Shown piece by piece: positions 9,738-18,881 of a stretch of 64,000 bases of DNA (position 1 is its first letter; every line of letters begins with the position of its first letter). A program made the position numbers and the translations under genes. Below the pieces are notes generated by a model. The model had not been told where the DNA came from and made no database searches. It saw only the letters and a program-made list of their open reading frames with translations. Origin of the DNA: Promethearchaeati archaeon SRVP18_Atabeyarchaeia-1 (GTDB lineage: Archaea; Asgardarchaeota; Atabeyarchaeia; Atabeyarchaeales; Atabeyarchaeaceae); the NCBI GenBank assembly GCA_037308085.1, contig CP147779.1, positions 2,528,001-2,592,000 on the forward strand. The letters run 5' to 3'.

Positions 9738-11573
9738 TCAGACTCTCCACTTGTTGGATGTCAGTGATTTTCTGAGCACTTTGAAAAGACTCGGTTGTCC
9801 GTGAGCATGGATGTCCCTTGGGCACAAGAAGTTGCCTACATTGAATACCAGCATACCAATTCTGTTGAGCCTGCTGGAACGCCCGATCCGAAGACCCAGG
9901 CGCATAATCCTGTATGCCCTTGATGGTATGAAGTCGTACGGGCGTATGACCTTGTTGATATTGTCACCCACGATCTCGATATTGTCTTCATCTATCTCCC
10001 CAGCCCCTTTGTCTGACGCGTAGGTCAGTGATGAGACGATGCGGGGACAAATGCTCAGGATTCTGCTTGCTGTGCTGTCGACAGCAATAAGATCCTTTCC
10101 GAAAAGCAGAACATTTGTCTTTATAGGATGCCCGTCAACAGGTCCAACGCCACCCATGCCCACTACGCCGTCGATTATCGCGAGATCAGGGCGAATCTTC
10201 CTATTGATGTAGAATAGAACCTCGTCCTGCCATGGATGGTAGTATCTCTTTTCTATCTGGGCGATGCACCCCCACTGGTTCTTCCATGAACACGAGATAC
10301 CGTTAAAGACATGTGTCTTAAGCTTTGCAACCGAGATGAAGTAGCTGTCCTTCTTGAGGAAGATCTTTGGGAACTTGAACTTATGGTTTGCAATTCTTAC
10401 CTTGACCCTATCGCATTTCTTAAGATCAAGAAGCTCACAGCCATATTGGTTAGCAAGCCTCTCGTAACCAAGTTCCTTGAACAGTACGCCAACGTCCGCG
10501 TCGTAGTTGCCCGACTCGACGATCACGACTCTCTTACCAGCCCCCCTCAACATCCTTACTAGCGCTTCAACAATCCGAATGTCAGAAGTGCGACCTGACT
10601 CGGGAGTATCCAGAAAGCAGAGATTAGGTTTGATGAAGACGGTATCGCCCTTAACGTCCAAGCCACCAACCAAGCTTATTCCTCGCTCAGTTTCCTCTAT
10701 AACATCCCCTTTGTGTCTGACCACCGCAACCTTGGGTTTTCTTACATCACTGGGTGCTCTGACCTTCCTTGCGAGCACAAAAAAGTGATGACCGAATATG
10801 GGCTTGGCAAAACCGGGTAGCATGGGCTCGAAGCGTCCAGCTAAGGATGCGAGCATTCTCCTCATCCCGCTGCCCTCAGCGTTGCCGCTACTCGCTTTGA
10901 CAACGCGTCCTCCTTCTTCCCCGGATCGACCAGTGACAATGCCCTTCACGACCTGGCCTATTGGTATATCGAGGTCTGGCCAAGGCGGAACATCGACGTA
11001 GCCGGTCTTGACAACTTCCAAGCCGGCCTTTCGCATAATCTTCTTGACATTCGATGTCAGCATCCAACCCTTGTGGCCATGATTCCACGCGCTCTTGGTC
11101 CTGCCGTGGTATAGCTGGTGAAATGGGAAACCGAAATTCAGTGAATTGTTGCTGAACACGAGAACCAGGTTTCTTGAAACCCTTGTCAACTCCTTGAGGG
11201 CTCTCATCGGGTTTTCAAGCTTTGGAACTACCGCGAAGTTCCATACGAGATCAAAAGTGTTTGACTCGAAGGGCAGCTTCTCCACTGAGCCAACTCTGAA
11301 CTCAACTCTCTCCGTTCCCCGTTTCCTCCAATAGTCCTCAGCGAGCTTCAGAATTTTGGGGTTTGGATTGACGAGGGTTACTTTGCACCCTCTGTCAGCT
11401 AGAACTGTGCTAGCTATGCAGGGGATCCCAGAGATTCCGTTGCAGTAAGCTTCAAGAACGGACTCCGGGTGGTAACGCAGGTAAAGAGCGTTAAGAAAAC
11501 GTCTCATACTTTTTCTTTCATACATCGTTCCTGTCCCGACGTCTTTCGTCTGGAACTTCTCGTATTCTTCCAT
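9738..11573 (-). CDS. Fusion of a class I SAM-methyltransferase-like domain and a DUF362 domain
   Basis: N-half: LPFESNTFDLVWNFAVV, ALKELTRV. C-half: VFIKPNL, VAKLKTH, SWKNQWG, IIDGVVGMGGVGP. Confidence 0.8.
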   Translation of the reverse strand: MEEYEKFQTKDVGTGTMYERKSMRRFLNALYLRYHPESVLEAYCNGISGIPCIASTVLADRGCKVTLVNPNPKILKLAEDYWRKRGTERVEFRVGSVEKLPFESNTFDLVWNFAVVPKLENPMRALKELTRVSRNLVLVFSNNSLNFGFPFHQLYHGRTKSAWNHGHKGWMLTSNVKKIMRKAGLEVVKTGYVDVPPWPDLDIPIGQVVKGIVTGRSGEEGGRVVKASSGNAEGSGMRRMLASLAGRFEPMLPGFAKPIFGHHFFVLARKVRAPSDVRKPKVAVVRHKGDVIEETERGISLVGGLDVKGDTVFIKPNLCFLDTPESGRTSDIRIVEALVRMLRGAGKRVVIVESGNYDADVGVLFKELGYERLANQYGCELLDLKKCDRVKVRIANHKFKFPKIFLKKDSYFISVAKLKTHVFNGISCSWKNQWGCIAQIEKRYYHPWQDEVLFYINRKIRPDLAIIDGVVGMGGVGPVDGHPIKTNVLLFGKDLIAVDSTASRILSICPRIVSSLTYASDKGAGEIDEDNIEIVGDNINKVIRPYDFIPSRAYRIMRLGLRIGRSSRLNRIGMLVFNVGNFLCPRDIHAHGQPSLFKVLRKSLTSNKWRV

Positions 11574-11691
11574 AGCCCTGAGTCCTCAGATCTGTAAATA
11601 GAAGTAGAATCTGAGCCTAGAGGCTTTAAGCCTTTTCCCGCTTGATGTGATCAATCAGGATCCAGCCGCCTGTATCAGGCTCTAAGCATCC

Positions 11692-12819
11692 TTATGAAGT
11701 GATGAGGTTGTACCCAACTTTCGTAAGCGCGGCTGGATTGCACAGTATGTTTGTATAATGTGCGTTTGCAAGTGGGCATGCGCATTTCTTGTCGCCGATG
11801 AACTTTCTTATCTTCTGGGCGTCACTGGAGTACCAGACTTTCTTGAAATCGTAGTTCGCTTGTCTCAGGTTTCCCATGACCATCTTGTAGCCGAGGATGC
11901 AGCATGGCCAGACATCGCCATAAGGCGTAATCTGGCAAGACGTAATGCCCGCGTAGCAGGGGATAGTCTGCCGCTTGTACGCAACGTTCTGCGTCGCTAT
12001 TTGGTAGTACGCCAAGCGAAAAGCTTGAGTCACCTTTGACAGCAAACGGGTCTTTTTCTTGAGGTAGTCTTCCCTGACCCTCTTGGAAAGCGAGTTGATG
12101 AATCTCGCGTAGTCACCAGGCGAGGGTGTGATCTCCTTGTCCGTATTGAAAAGTTCTGTCCTTCTCTCCGCGATTTCAGTTATGTATGAATCTGGACCAA
12201 GCGTCTTTACAAATTCATACACGCCCATTAGCCCTTTCAGGCTGAACTTTGAAACTACGCTGTGGACTCCGACGCTCAGGTTGGGAAACTCCTTCTTGAG
12301 GTCTGACAAATAGGAGTATGCTTCCAAGAACTTCTTGAAGTTGCCCGGCACGCCTCTGATCTCGTCGTGTGCCTCCCCAACACCATCCAAGGACAGATTG
12401 ATGACAAAATCAGTGCCCTCACATAGTTCCATTATTTTCCTGGAAGTATCGCGAACGATACTTGGGAGAAGGCAGTTTGTAGGTATGTTTATCACCTTGG
12501 GGTCGCAGTATGCTTGAACTGCTTCACAGATCTGAGGGAGGTCTTTTCTGAGAAACGGCTCGCCTCCGCTCAGCGTCATCCAAACGACGCTTCTACCGAG
12601 CGACTGGAACACCCGCGCAAATTCACTCAACTCAAGTTCTCTCTGTTTCCATCCCGGTCTTTCCCGGCTGAAATCCCAGATGAAACATGTCTTGCACCGA
12701 CTATTGCATCTGTTCGTTACACTAACGGTTATGTTTGAGGGAAGCATCCTCGGGTGCCCCACGTGTTTCTGAAGAATGAAACCCGCCACCTTTGGGAGAA
12801 GCAGAATATTCGACTTCAT
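11692..12819 (-). CDS. Radical SAM protein with a SPASM/twitch domain
   Basis: CNSRCKTC, SGGEPFLR, SLDG...HDEIRG, and C-terminal CYAG...GDVWPCC...GNL...CAC. Confidence 0.9.
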   Translation of the reverse strand: MKSNILLLPKVAGFILQKHVGHPRMLPSNITVSVTNRCNSRCKTCFIWDFSRERPGWKQRELELSEFARVFQSLGRSVVWMTLSGGEPFLRKDLPQICEAVQAYCDPKVINIPTNCLLPSIVRDTSRKIMELCEGTDFVINLSLDGVGEAHDEIRGVPGNFKKFLEAYSYLSDLKKEFPNLSVGVHSVVSKFSLKGLMGVYEFVKTLGPDSYITEIAERRTELFNTDKEITPSPGDYARFINSLSKRVREDYLKKKTRLLSKVTQAFRLAYYQIATQNVAYKRQTIPCYAGITSCQITPYGDVWPCCILGYKMVMGNLRQANYDFKKVWYSSDAQKIRKFIGDKKCACPLANAHYTNILCNPAALTKVGYNLITS

Positions 12820-13081
12820 CGAGTCGACCACCTAGCAAGATCAGAATCAGAGTGGAGTTGACTACACTTATCAAGATTGCAGTCTCAGAGCCAAACCGCT
12901 TTAATAATCTTACCATGAGAGATTTGATATCGGGTGGAAGCGCGGGATCTCTCCGGAAATACCCGCATAAAGAATCGCCCAGAGGCGGATGTGCAAGAGA
13001 TCACCTACACTCGGACCGCTTCATTGGTCGAAGATGCAGAGCCCCAGCCTCATCAACCCCGACTCGTTATCGCAGAATCAC

Positions 13082-13133
13082 ATGGGCGCTGCGAGGAAGC
13101 CCACTCCCTTCAGGGGCGGGGGGAATCGCAGCG
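13082..13133 (+). mobile_element. IS200/IS605-type left end with a subterminal hairpin, preceded by the candidate target tetramer TCAC (13078-13081)
   Basis: CGCTGCGA(13087-94)...GAAGCCCACTCCCTTCAGGGGCGGG...TCGCAGCG(13126-33) forms a nested inverted repeat. It shares AAGCCCACTCCC with the second left end at ~20634-20646 (minus strand). TATA-like CTTAAATA at 13151. Confidence 0.7.
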
Positions 13134-13189
13134 AGACTCCAATTGGGAGCCTTAAATACTGTGCCCCCTAACATCCTTTGGGAGATACC

Positions 13190-14356
13190 ATGAGAAAGTG
13201 CCTACCTCTCAAATTCTTGGAACCCACGGAAGAAAAGAGGAGAATGCTCAAGCAGACCTACACCACATTCCTCGACATCGTGAAGGAGACCCTCAGCTGC
13301 CTTGGCGGCGCCAAGAGCAGAGCCCAACTCCACAGCAAAACCTACAGAGCGCTGAGAGGCAGGCATCATGTGGCATCCCAGCTCATCATCGAGGCCACAA
13401 GCTACGCGTGGAGCGCAAGGAAGACCATCCGCCGCGGCGGCAGCGGCAGCAGCTTGGAGAAGTGCGTCGTCCGCTTCGATAGACGGCTCTTCAGCTTCAA
13501 GGAGACAAAGAGGAGAAACCCCGTGCTTGTCCTGAGAGCCAGCAACAAGAGAATCGGCCTGCCTATAAACAGGGATGGAGCACACCATCGCCTCCAAGAG
13601 CACATGACCCATGGATGGCAGCTGACCAGCATCATCATGAAGAAGAGTCTGAGGCTGCTCGCCATCCTCTCCAAGGGAACGCCGGAACCTCCAGTGAGGG
13701 CTAACTGGATCGGCGTGGACGTGAACAGCCCGAGGATCGCCACCACCACAGTAGGCCCAGGCTGCGGCGTCCTGAAGCAGGCCTACTTCGGGGTGAGGGT
13801 CGCCACAAGGCAGTTCAACTTCGAGAAGAGGAGGGCAGCACTCCATCAATTCAGGGAAACCTCATCGAGAAGCAAGGCTGGACTAAAGTTGAAGCGCCTT
13901 GGCAAGAGGCAGAGAAACTATGTGCGGACAAGCATCTGGCTCATCGCCAACCTGATCGTGCAGCAGGCAGAAACACTCGGCGCAAACATCGCAGTGGAGA
14001 GGTTGGGACACCTGGGGAAGAGGCGGGGGGAGTGGAGCGCGAAGAGCCGCAGGAAGGTGAACCGCATCCCCTACGGCTTCCTGAGACATGCAGTAAGGCA
14101 CGTGGCTGCGAGGCAGGGCGTGCTGCTCCTCGACGTCGATCCCAGGTACACGTCTCAGATGTGCCCCTACTGTGGGTACACGAGTAAGGCGAACTGGGTT
14201 GGCTACTCCTACTTCAGGTGCAGGGCATGCGGCTTCGAGGCGAACCGCGACCGTGCTGCGAGCCTCAACATCGCCCTCAGGGCGGCCCACACACAGGACA
14301 CATCCTGCACATACAAGGTGGGCCAGTTTCCTGCGGGGAGCGCCTCCGTCAGTTAG
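13190..14356 (+). CDS. tnpB: RNA-guided endonuclease TnpB (IS200/IS605 family); RuvC triad and zinc finger appear intact
   Basis: RuvC-I WIGVDVN, RuvC-II IAVERL, YTSQMCPYCG...FRCRACG zinc ribbon, RuvC-III NRDRAASLNIA. High GC relative to its flanks. No tnpA nearby. Confidence 0.93.
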   Translation: MRKCLPLKFLEPTEEKRRMLKQTYTTFLDIVKETLSCLGGAKSRAQLHSKTYRALRGRHHVASQLIIEATSYAWSARKTIRRGGSGSSLEKCVVRFDRRLFSFKETKRRNPVLVLRASNKRIGLPINRDGAHHRLQEHMTHGWQLTSIIMKKSLRLLAILSKGTPEPPVRANWIGVDVNSPRIATTTVGPGCGVLKQAYFGVRVATRQFNFEKRRAALHQFRETSSRSKAGLKLKRLGKRQRNYVRTSIWLIANLIVQQAETLGANIAVERLGHLGKRRGEWSAKSRRKVNRIPYGFLRHAVRHVAARQGVLLLDVDPRYTSQMCPYCGYTSKANWVGYSYFRCRACGFEANRDRAASLNIALRAAHTQDTSCTYKVGQFPAGSASVS

Positions 14357-15273
14357 GATAGGTACATCTCTAATATCGCAATAATAGTATGCGCTCTTAT
14401 TTCACTGCTTCTTGCGTCTCATGCGCATTAGGGCTGCTACAATGACCAGAAGGGCAGCAACTGCTCCGCCGGCAATCAATACAAGTGTCAGCGGTATGCC
14501 GACCGGCTCAACAGCATACGAGCTCAGTGTGTAGTTCACTGTTAATCCGTAGGAGTCGTGGTATCTCGACATAAGTAGGATGCCTGTCGGTTTGTCCACG
14601 TATGCAACAAAGTGTCTAACATATATGGGGCTCTCCTCGACTGTTCCGTTAATGTAGTTGGCTGTCCAGTATCGCCCAGCAATATGATAGTTTGAGACCG
14701 TCGAGTTGAACTTCCAACCTGAACCAGGGTACAGTGCCTCTCCTGCCGAAATGTTCGCGGCCACGAATTGCCAAAGCGAATATTGGTACGCATTCACGTC
14801 GATAGTGTCCGTGAATTTGTATCTGACGGAGCCATCAGGGTTGTACTGGGTTATCTCTAGTATAAGTACTGAACCGCTGACGGCGATGACTTGGATCCTG
14901 ACCGCATTGATAGGATTGCCAGTCTCGGCGAAATCGTAGTAGGCATTTGTTCCCACAACTGCTCCTGGCTTAGTGTAATCTGCTGCGAGCGTTGAAGCAG
15001 TGTTTGCTGACATGACCAGGAGAATCGACAACGCCACCAATGTGCAGGCTATTTCTTTCCTCAAGTCTTGTAACTCTCCGTCTTCGACTTCAGCCAATTC
15101 ATAACGTAGGTGTGGGAAGGGTCTCCGAAGTCTACCTTTCTGACTAACCTTTCAACCTCACTAACGTCTGCCACAGAACCACACTCCTAGATTTTAGTCT
15201 CTAATTGGAGCGTGTGCCATGGGTGCAATATAAGCCTACTGCAAATACAGTAGTTTAACATACCTCCGTCAGT
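14343..15273 (+). repeat. 11-bp direct repeat CCTCCGTCAGT (14343-14353 and 15263-15273) bracketing the insert within the tnpB 3' end
   Basis: Read directly: ...gcgCCTCCGTCAGTtag and ...cataCCTCCGTCAGTaggcgcg. Confidence 0.85.
14402..15064 (-). CDS. Secreted, C-terminally membrane-anchored hypothetical protein
   Basis: N-terminal signal peptide (RKEIACTLVALSILLVMS), beta-rich body with YVDKPTGILL, and a C-terminal TM helix followed by RMRRKKQ. TTG start preceded by GGAG. Confidence 0.8.
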   Translation of the reverse strand: MRKEIACTLVALSILLVMSANTASTLAADYTKPGAVVGTNAYYDFAETGNPINAVRIQVIAVSGSVLILEITQYNPDGSVRYKFTDTIDVNAYQYSLWQFVAANISAGEALYPGSGWKFNSTVSNYHIAGRYWTANYINGTVEESPIYVRHFVAYVDKPTGILLMSRYHDSYGLTVNYTLSSYAVEPVGIPLTLVLIAGGAVAALLVIVAALMRMRRKKQ

Positions 15274-15362
15274 AGGCGCGTTTGGCAAGGTGAAATGTTT
15301 GAAAGACCGCGCCAGACAACCCCGAGTTGCAAGCCCACAAGCCTTAGCGGTGGGTAACTGAC
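15263..15362 (+). ncRNA. Detached TnpB omega-RNA scaffold / IS605 right end; predicted guide follows at 15363-~15382
   Basis: Reads in frame as a TnpB tail, SVSRRVWQGEMFERPRQTTPSCKPTSLSGG*. GGCGCG pairs with CGCGCC; terminal hairpin CCCAC..GC-CTTA-GC-GGTGGG followed by TAACTGAC, a typical right-end terminus. Confidence 0.75.
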
Positions 15363-15478
15363 TTTCGATTTACGCTGGGACTCGATAAAAGCTTAAATAG
15401 CCTAATAGCACGCTCAAAGATGATGGTCTTAGGGTTCGGCAGCTTCGAACCTGAAACAGATCGGTTTCGTGGTAGTGT

Positions 15479-17002
15479 GTGACCTTGTGGCTCCCCAGCA
15501 GAATGGCAGTCTACTTGTCTAAGAGACCGCTCTTGATGCTGCTTCTGATAATGCTCTTTGGGATAGTTTTCAGAGTGTGTATTCTTTACCCGTCATATGC
15601 AAACGGGCTTCCTTCTGGTTTCGATACTTACATTCACGCTGCTTCGGCCTACTTTATTCGCTGGGGCGGTCTTCCGGCTTCGCCCACATCGCCTATTTAT
15701 CCGCCGACATTCCTGATCTTCCTGGCTCTGCTCTACCAGATAACTGGCGTTTTTCCAGTCTACTTAATAGCCCCAGTCGGAATAGCTGTGGATGTGCTTT
15801 GTGCCCCGGCCATTTTCTACATAACACGTCGTCTATCGGGGGGCAGGAATACGGTGGGGCTGCTGGCAGCGTTGTTCCAGACGCTCAACCCGATCACCCT
15901 TGATCTTCTAATTCTTGGCACGATACCTACTATACTTGGGATACTCGAGTTGCTCACAATTATCGCTATTCTGGTGAGCGACCTCAGAAGCAGGGTCCTT
16001 GGAATAGTCTCGATGGGTTTGCTGGGAGGCTTGATCTTCCTAACCAACATTCTGGTGGGGGCTTTCTACGTCTTCTTTGTCGGTATGATCGTTTTCTATG
16101 AGATAATTCTTGGGAGAGGAAACCACTATGCTAAGCCACTATTCCTCTCTCTTCTGATCACAGCAATACCCACAGCCCTTTTCTATCTACCGAATCTGAG
16201 CTACTTCTATGTGGGCGTTCTAGGTGGATCGGAATACTTCATCTGGAATCTTGCGACTTTCATTGTTCTGCCAATTCTAATGTTGCCTATTATCTTCCTC
16301 TACAAAAGGAGTTATGCCAAGAAGTACACGTATGCTCGGAACCAGAATGCCACGCTCCTAAGGCTCTGGTATCTCACAGCCCCTGTGATGGCTCTTGTAT
16401 TCGTCTGGCAAGCTGCCGTTCTTTCGAGGATGTGGCATTTCATTTCTTTCCCGGCTGTAGTTGTCCTTGCCATGATTGTCACCGCGAAGTTCAGGCAGAT
16501 TGGGAAATCTAGGGGTCGAAGAACAGCGGCAGCGCTGACGGCAACGCTTCTCATCGCGTCGGTAGTGACAACTTTCTCTGCTAGTGTGATCATGTTCAAC
16601 ACGTTCTATGAGAACACGCCTGAGAGGATGCAACTCGTGAACTGGATAGAGACCAATACCACTCAGTCAGCGCGGTTTTGCACTGAGGAGGAGTATATCC
16701 CAACCCAGCTAGGTTGGTACGTCATGGGCTTGACAGGCAGAATTGCCTATGAGAGCCTGCCCAGCTTCTCAGAGCCTTTTGAAGTCGGAACAGATATCGC
16801 TCTGCACATGAGGTTGGCGAACAATATAACCGCTCTTACAGCAAACACAACAGATTGGATCAGTGCCGTAAGGTCGCTTCAGGTGTCATACGTAATTCTA
16901 CTGGCGAACAAGATTCACACAAACTATGCGGCGATCTCAAGCAGAATCGTTTTTGCGACATCATTGCACGCAGTGTACAACGTCACCGAGTTTCTCTCCT
17001 GA
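15479..17002 (+). CDS. GT-C-fold (PMT/GT39-like) membrane glycosyltransferase, paralog 1
   Basis: About 12 TM helices, GFDTYIH first-loop motif, YPP, and a C-terminal extracellular domain (VNWIETNT...LQVSYVIL...VYNV). Confidence 0.75.
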   Translation: MTLWLPSRMAVYLSKRPLLMLLLIMLFGIVFRVCILYPSYANGLPSGFDTYIHAASAYFIRWGGLPASPTSPIYPPTFLIFLALLYQITGVFPVYLIAPVGIAVDVLCAPAIFYITRRLSGGRNTVGLLAALFQTLNPITLDLLILGTIPTILGILELLTIIAILVSDLRSRVLGIVSMGLLGGLIFLTNILVGAFYVFFVGMIVFYEIILGRGNHYAKPLFLSLLITAIPTALFYLPNLSYFYVGVLGGSEYFIWNLATFIVLPILMLPIIFLYKRSYAKKYTYARNQNATLLRLWYLTAPVMALVFVWQAAVLSRMWHFISFPAVVVLAMIVTAKFRQIGKSRGRRTAAALTATLLIASVVTTFSASVIMFNTFYENTPERMQLVNWIETNTTQSARFCTEEEYIPTQLGWYVMGLTGRIAYESLPSFSEPFEVGTDIALHMRLANNITALTANTTDWISAVRSLQVSYVILLANKIHTNYAAISSRIVFATSLHAVYNVTEFLS

Positions 17003-17018
17003 AGACTGCACGATCCAG

Positions 17019-18632
17019 CTATGCCTTCTTCGCAAACTCCTCAAACTTTGCAATTATATAATTGATCATTTCTTCTGAGAGACCGGGATAGACGCCCACC
17101 CAGAAGGCCTTCTCCGTCACAATGTTAGTGTTCTTTAGATCATCATAGACTCTGTACTTCGCTTTCTGGAAGCTTGGGTGCCGGATTATGTTTCCTGAGA
17201 AGACGAGCCTAGTTGCGATTCCAGCTCCTTCCAGATACTTTATGATTTCATTCCTAGAGAATGGCGCCTCATCCTTGATCGTCAAGGCGAAGCCAAACCA
17301 GCTTGGATCAGATTCTTCTGTGGCCCTTGGAAGAACAAAGTACTCTTCGTGCTTCATCACTGCATCGTGAAAGCGCATCCAGTTCCTTTTCCTAGCTTCT
17401 ATGAATCTGGGTAGCTTTCTCAGTTGTGAGACGCCTACTGCTGCCTGCATATCCGTGACTTTCAGGTTGTAGCCGATATGTGAATATATGTACTTATGGT
17501 CGTACCCCAATGGCAGATCGCCAAGCTGCCATGCAAATCTCCTGCCACACGTGTCATCATGCCCCGGTTCACACCAGCAGTCTCTCCCCCAGTCTCTGAA
17601 GGATAGCACCAACTTTCTCAATTGTGCATCGCTCGTCACAAGGGCTCCTCCCTCGCCCATAGTGATATGGTGGGGAGGGTAGAAACTCAGGGTCGCTGCG
17701 TCTCCGAACGTCCCCGTGTATTTTCCCTTATATTTCGCTCCAAGTGCGTCGCAGTTGTCTTCTATCAGCCAGAGGTTGTGGTCTCTGCAGATCTTCTTGA
17801 TCTTTCCCAAGTCGAAGGGATTGCCCAGAGCATGGGCCAGGAAGATAGCCTTCGTCCTATCTGAGAGAGCATCTTCGACCTTGGCAGCTTGGATGTTGTA
17901 GGTTCCGAGTTCAATATCCACGAAGACTGGAACCAAGTTGTTCTGGATAATGGGATTCACTGTTGTCGGGAACGCGCAGGCTGCTGTTACGACTTCATCT
18001 CCAGGTTTCAGTCTACGTTCACCAAGCTCAGGGGAGGTCAAGGCGGAGACCGCCAGCAAGTTTGCTGAGGACCCTGAATTGGCTAACATGCAGTACCTTG
18101 AACCTAAGAACTCGGCTAGCTCCTCTTCAAATTGCCTAGAGAATCTGTTTGCAGCGAGGTGGAAATCCAGTGTTGCATCCAAGAGGTTCTTCATATCATC
18201 GCTATCGTAGACAGTTCCGCCATAGCGAATGTATGTCTTCCCAGGGATGAAGCGTTGGCTGTCCTTGTGGATAGCTTCATAATGTTTCTCGACCACGCCA
18301 TAGGCGAGTTGTCGCAATAGCTCGTCCATTTTTGCTCTGCTGATCGTGCCTACTCTATCAACGATTGAATCCCTCTCCATGAGCAGGACTCTGTCAACCA
18401 TTATGTAGTAATCTCTAGATAGGTTTCCCTCTGCTAGGTCCTTTTTCCCGATCCTCACCCTACGCAAGTAGTCAGGATTCTCTCGTTGCGACATGTCCAA
18501 GACGCGAACTTCACGATCTGTTGCGCCGTAGACTAGACCGATATTCTCCTCTGCATTCTTGCCACTTGAGGGGCGTTTCACCTTAACGATATCACCAAAT
18601 TGGAGTTCTGTCAACTCTCCCCGAGTCCCCAT
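17019..18632 (-). CDS. rfbH: CDP-6-deoxy-4-keto-hexose 3-dehydratase (RfbH/DdhC, E1) with an extra ~110-aa N-terminal PemK/MazF-like domain
   Basis: NSGSSANLLA, FPTTVNP, EDNCDALG, SFYPPHHITMGEGG (His in place of the aminotransferase Lys), RDWGRDCWCEPG.DDTCG Fe-S motif, GYDHKYIY. Confidence 0.92.
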   Translation of the reverse strand: MGTRGELTELQFGDIVKVKRPSSGKNAEENIGLVYGATDREVRVLDMSQRENPDYLRRVRIGKKDLAEGNLSRDYYIMVDRVLLMERDSIVDRVGTISRAKMDELLRQLAYGVVEKHYEAIHKDSQRFIPGKTYIRYGGTVYDSDDMKNLLDATLDFHLAANRFSRQFEEELAEFLGSRYCMLANSGSSANLLAVSALTSPELGERRLKPGDEVVTAACAFPTTVNPIIQNNLVPVFVDIELGTYNIQAAKVEDALSDRTKAIFLAHALGNPFDLGKIKKICRDHNLWLIEDNCDALGAKYKGKYTGTFGDAATLSFYPPHHITMGEGGALVTSDAQLRKLVLSFRDWGRDCWCEPGHDDTCGRRFAWQLGDLPLGYDHKYIYSHIGYNLKVTDMQAAVGVSQLRKLPRFIEARKRNWMRFHDAVMKHEEYFVLPRATEESDPSWFGFALTIKDEAPFSRNEIIKYLEGAGIATRLVFSGNIIRHPSFQKAKYRVYDDLKNTNIVTEKAFWVGVYPGLSEEMINYIIAKFEEFAKKA

Positions 18633-18881
18633 AGTCTCTTGTCGCGATTCCGCGCATAACGAGAACTGAACTTAGTGAACGAGATCTGCCTCGGCAAATA
18701 TTTAAGTTTTCGGTAATTCGAAGCTTCTTATAGGCTCGTGTGGACGCTTGAAGAAGCCCAGCCTGGATCGCCAGAAAACTTTAATTAAAGGAGACATGTT
18801 AAACACAAGAGTATACCTTGACGTCTCCGTCACTCGGCTGGCTCGCACCTATTTGGAGTACCGGCGACATGGTGAGTTCCT

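Noticed and set aside
13082-15362. Type V CRISPR (Cas12f) locus
   Set aside because: No repeat-spacer array or cas1/cas2 genes; IS605-type ends explain the locus.
15431-15452. Hairpin GGGTTCGGCAGCTTCGAACCT resembling a tRNA T-arm
   Set aside because: No cloverleaf or acceptor stem around it.
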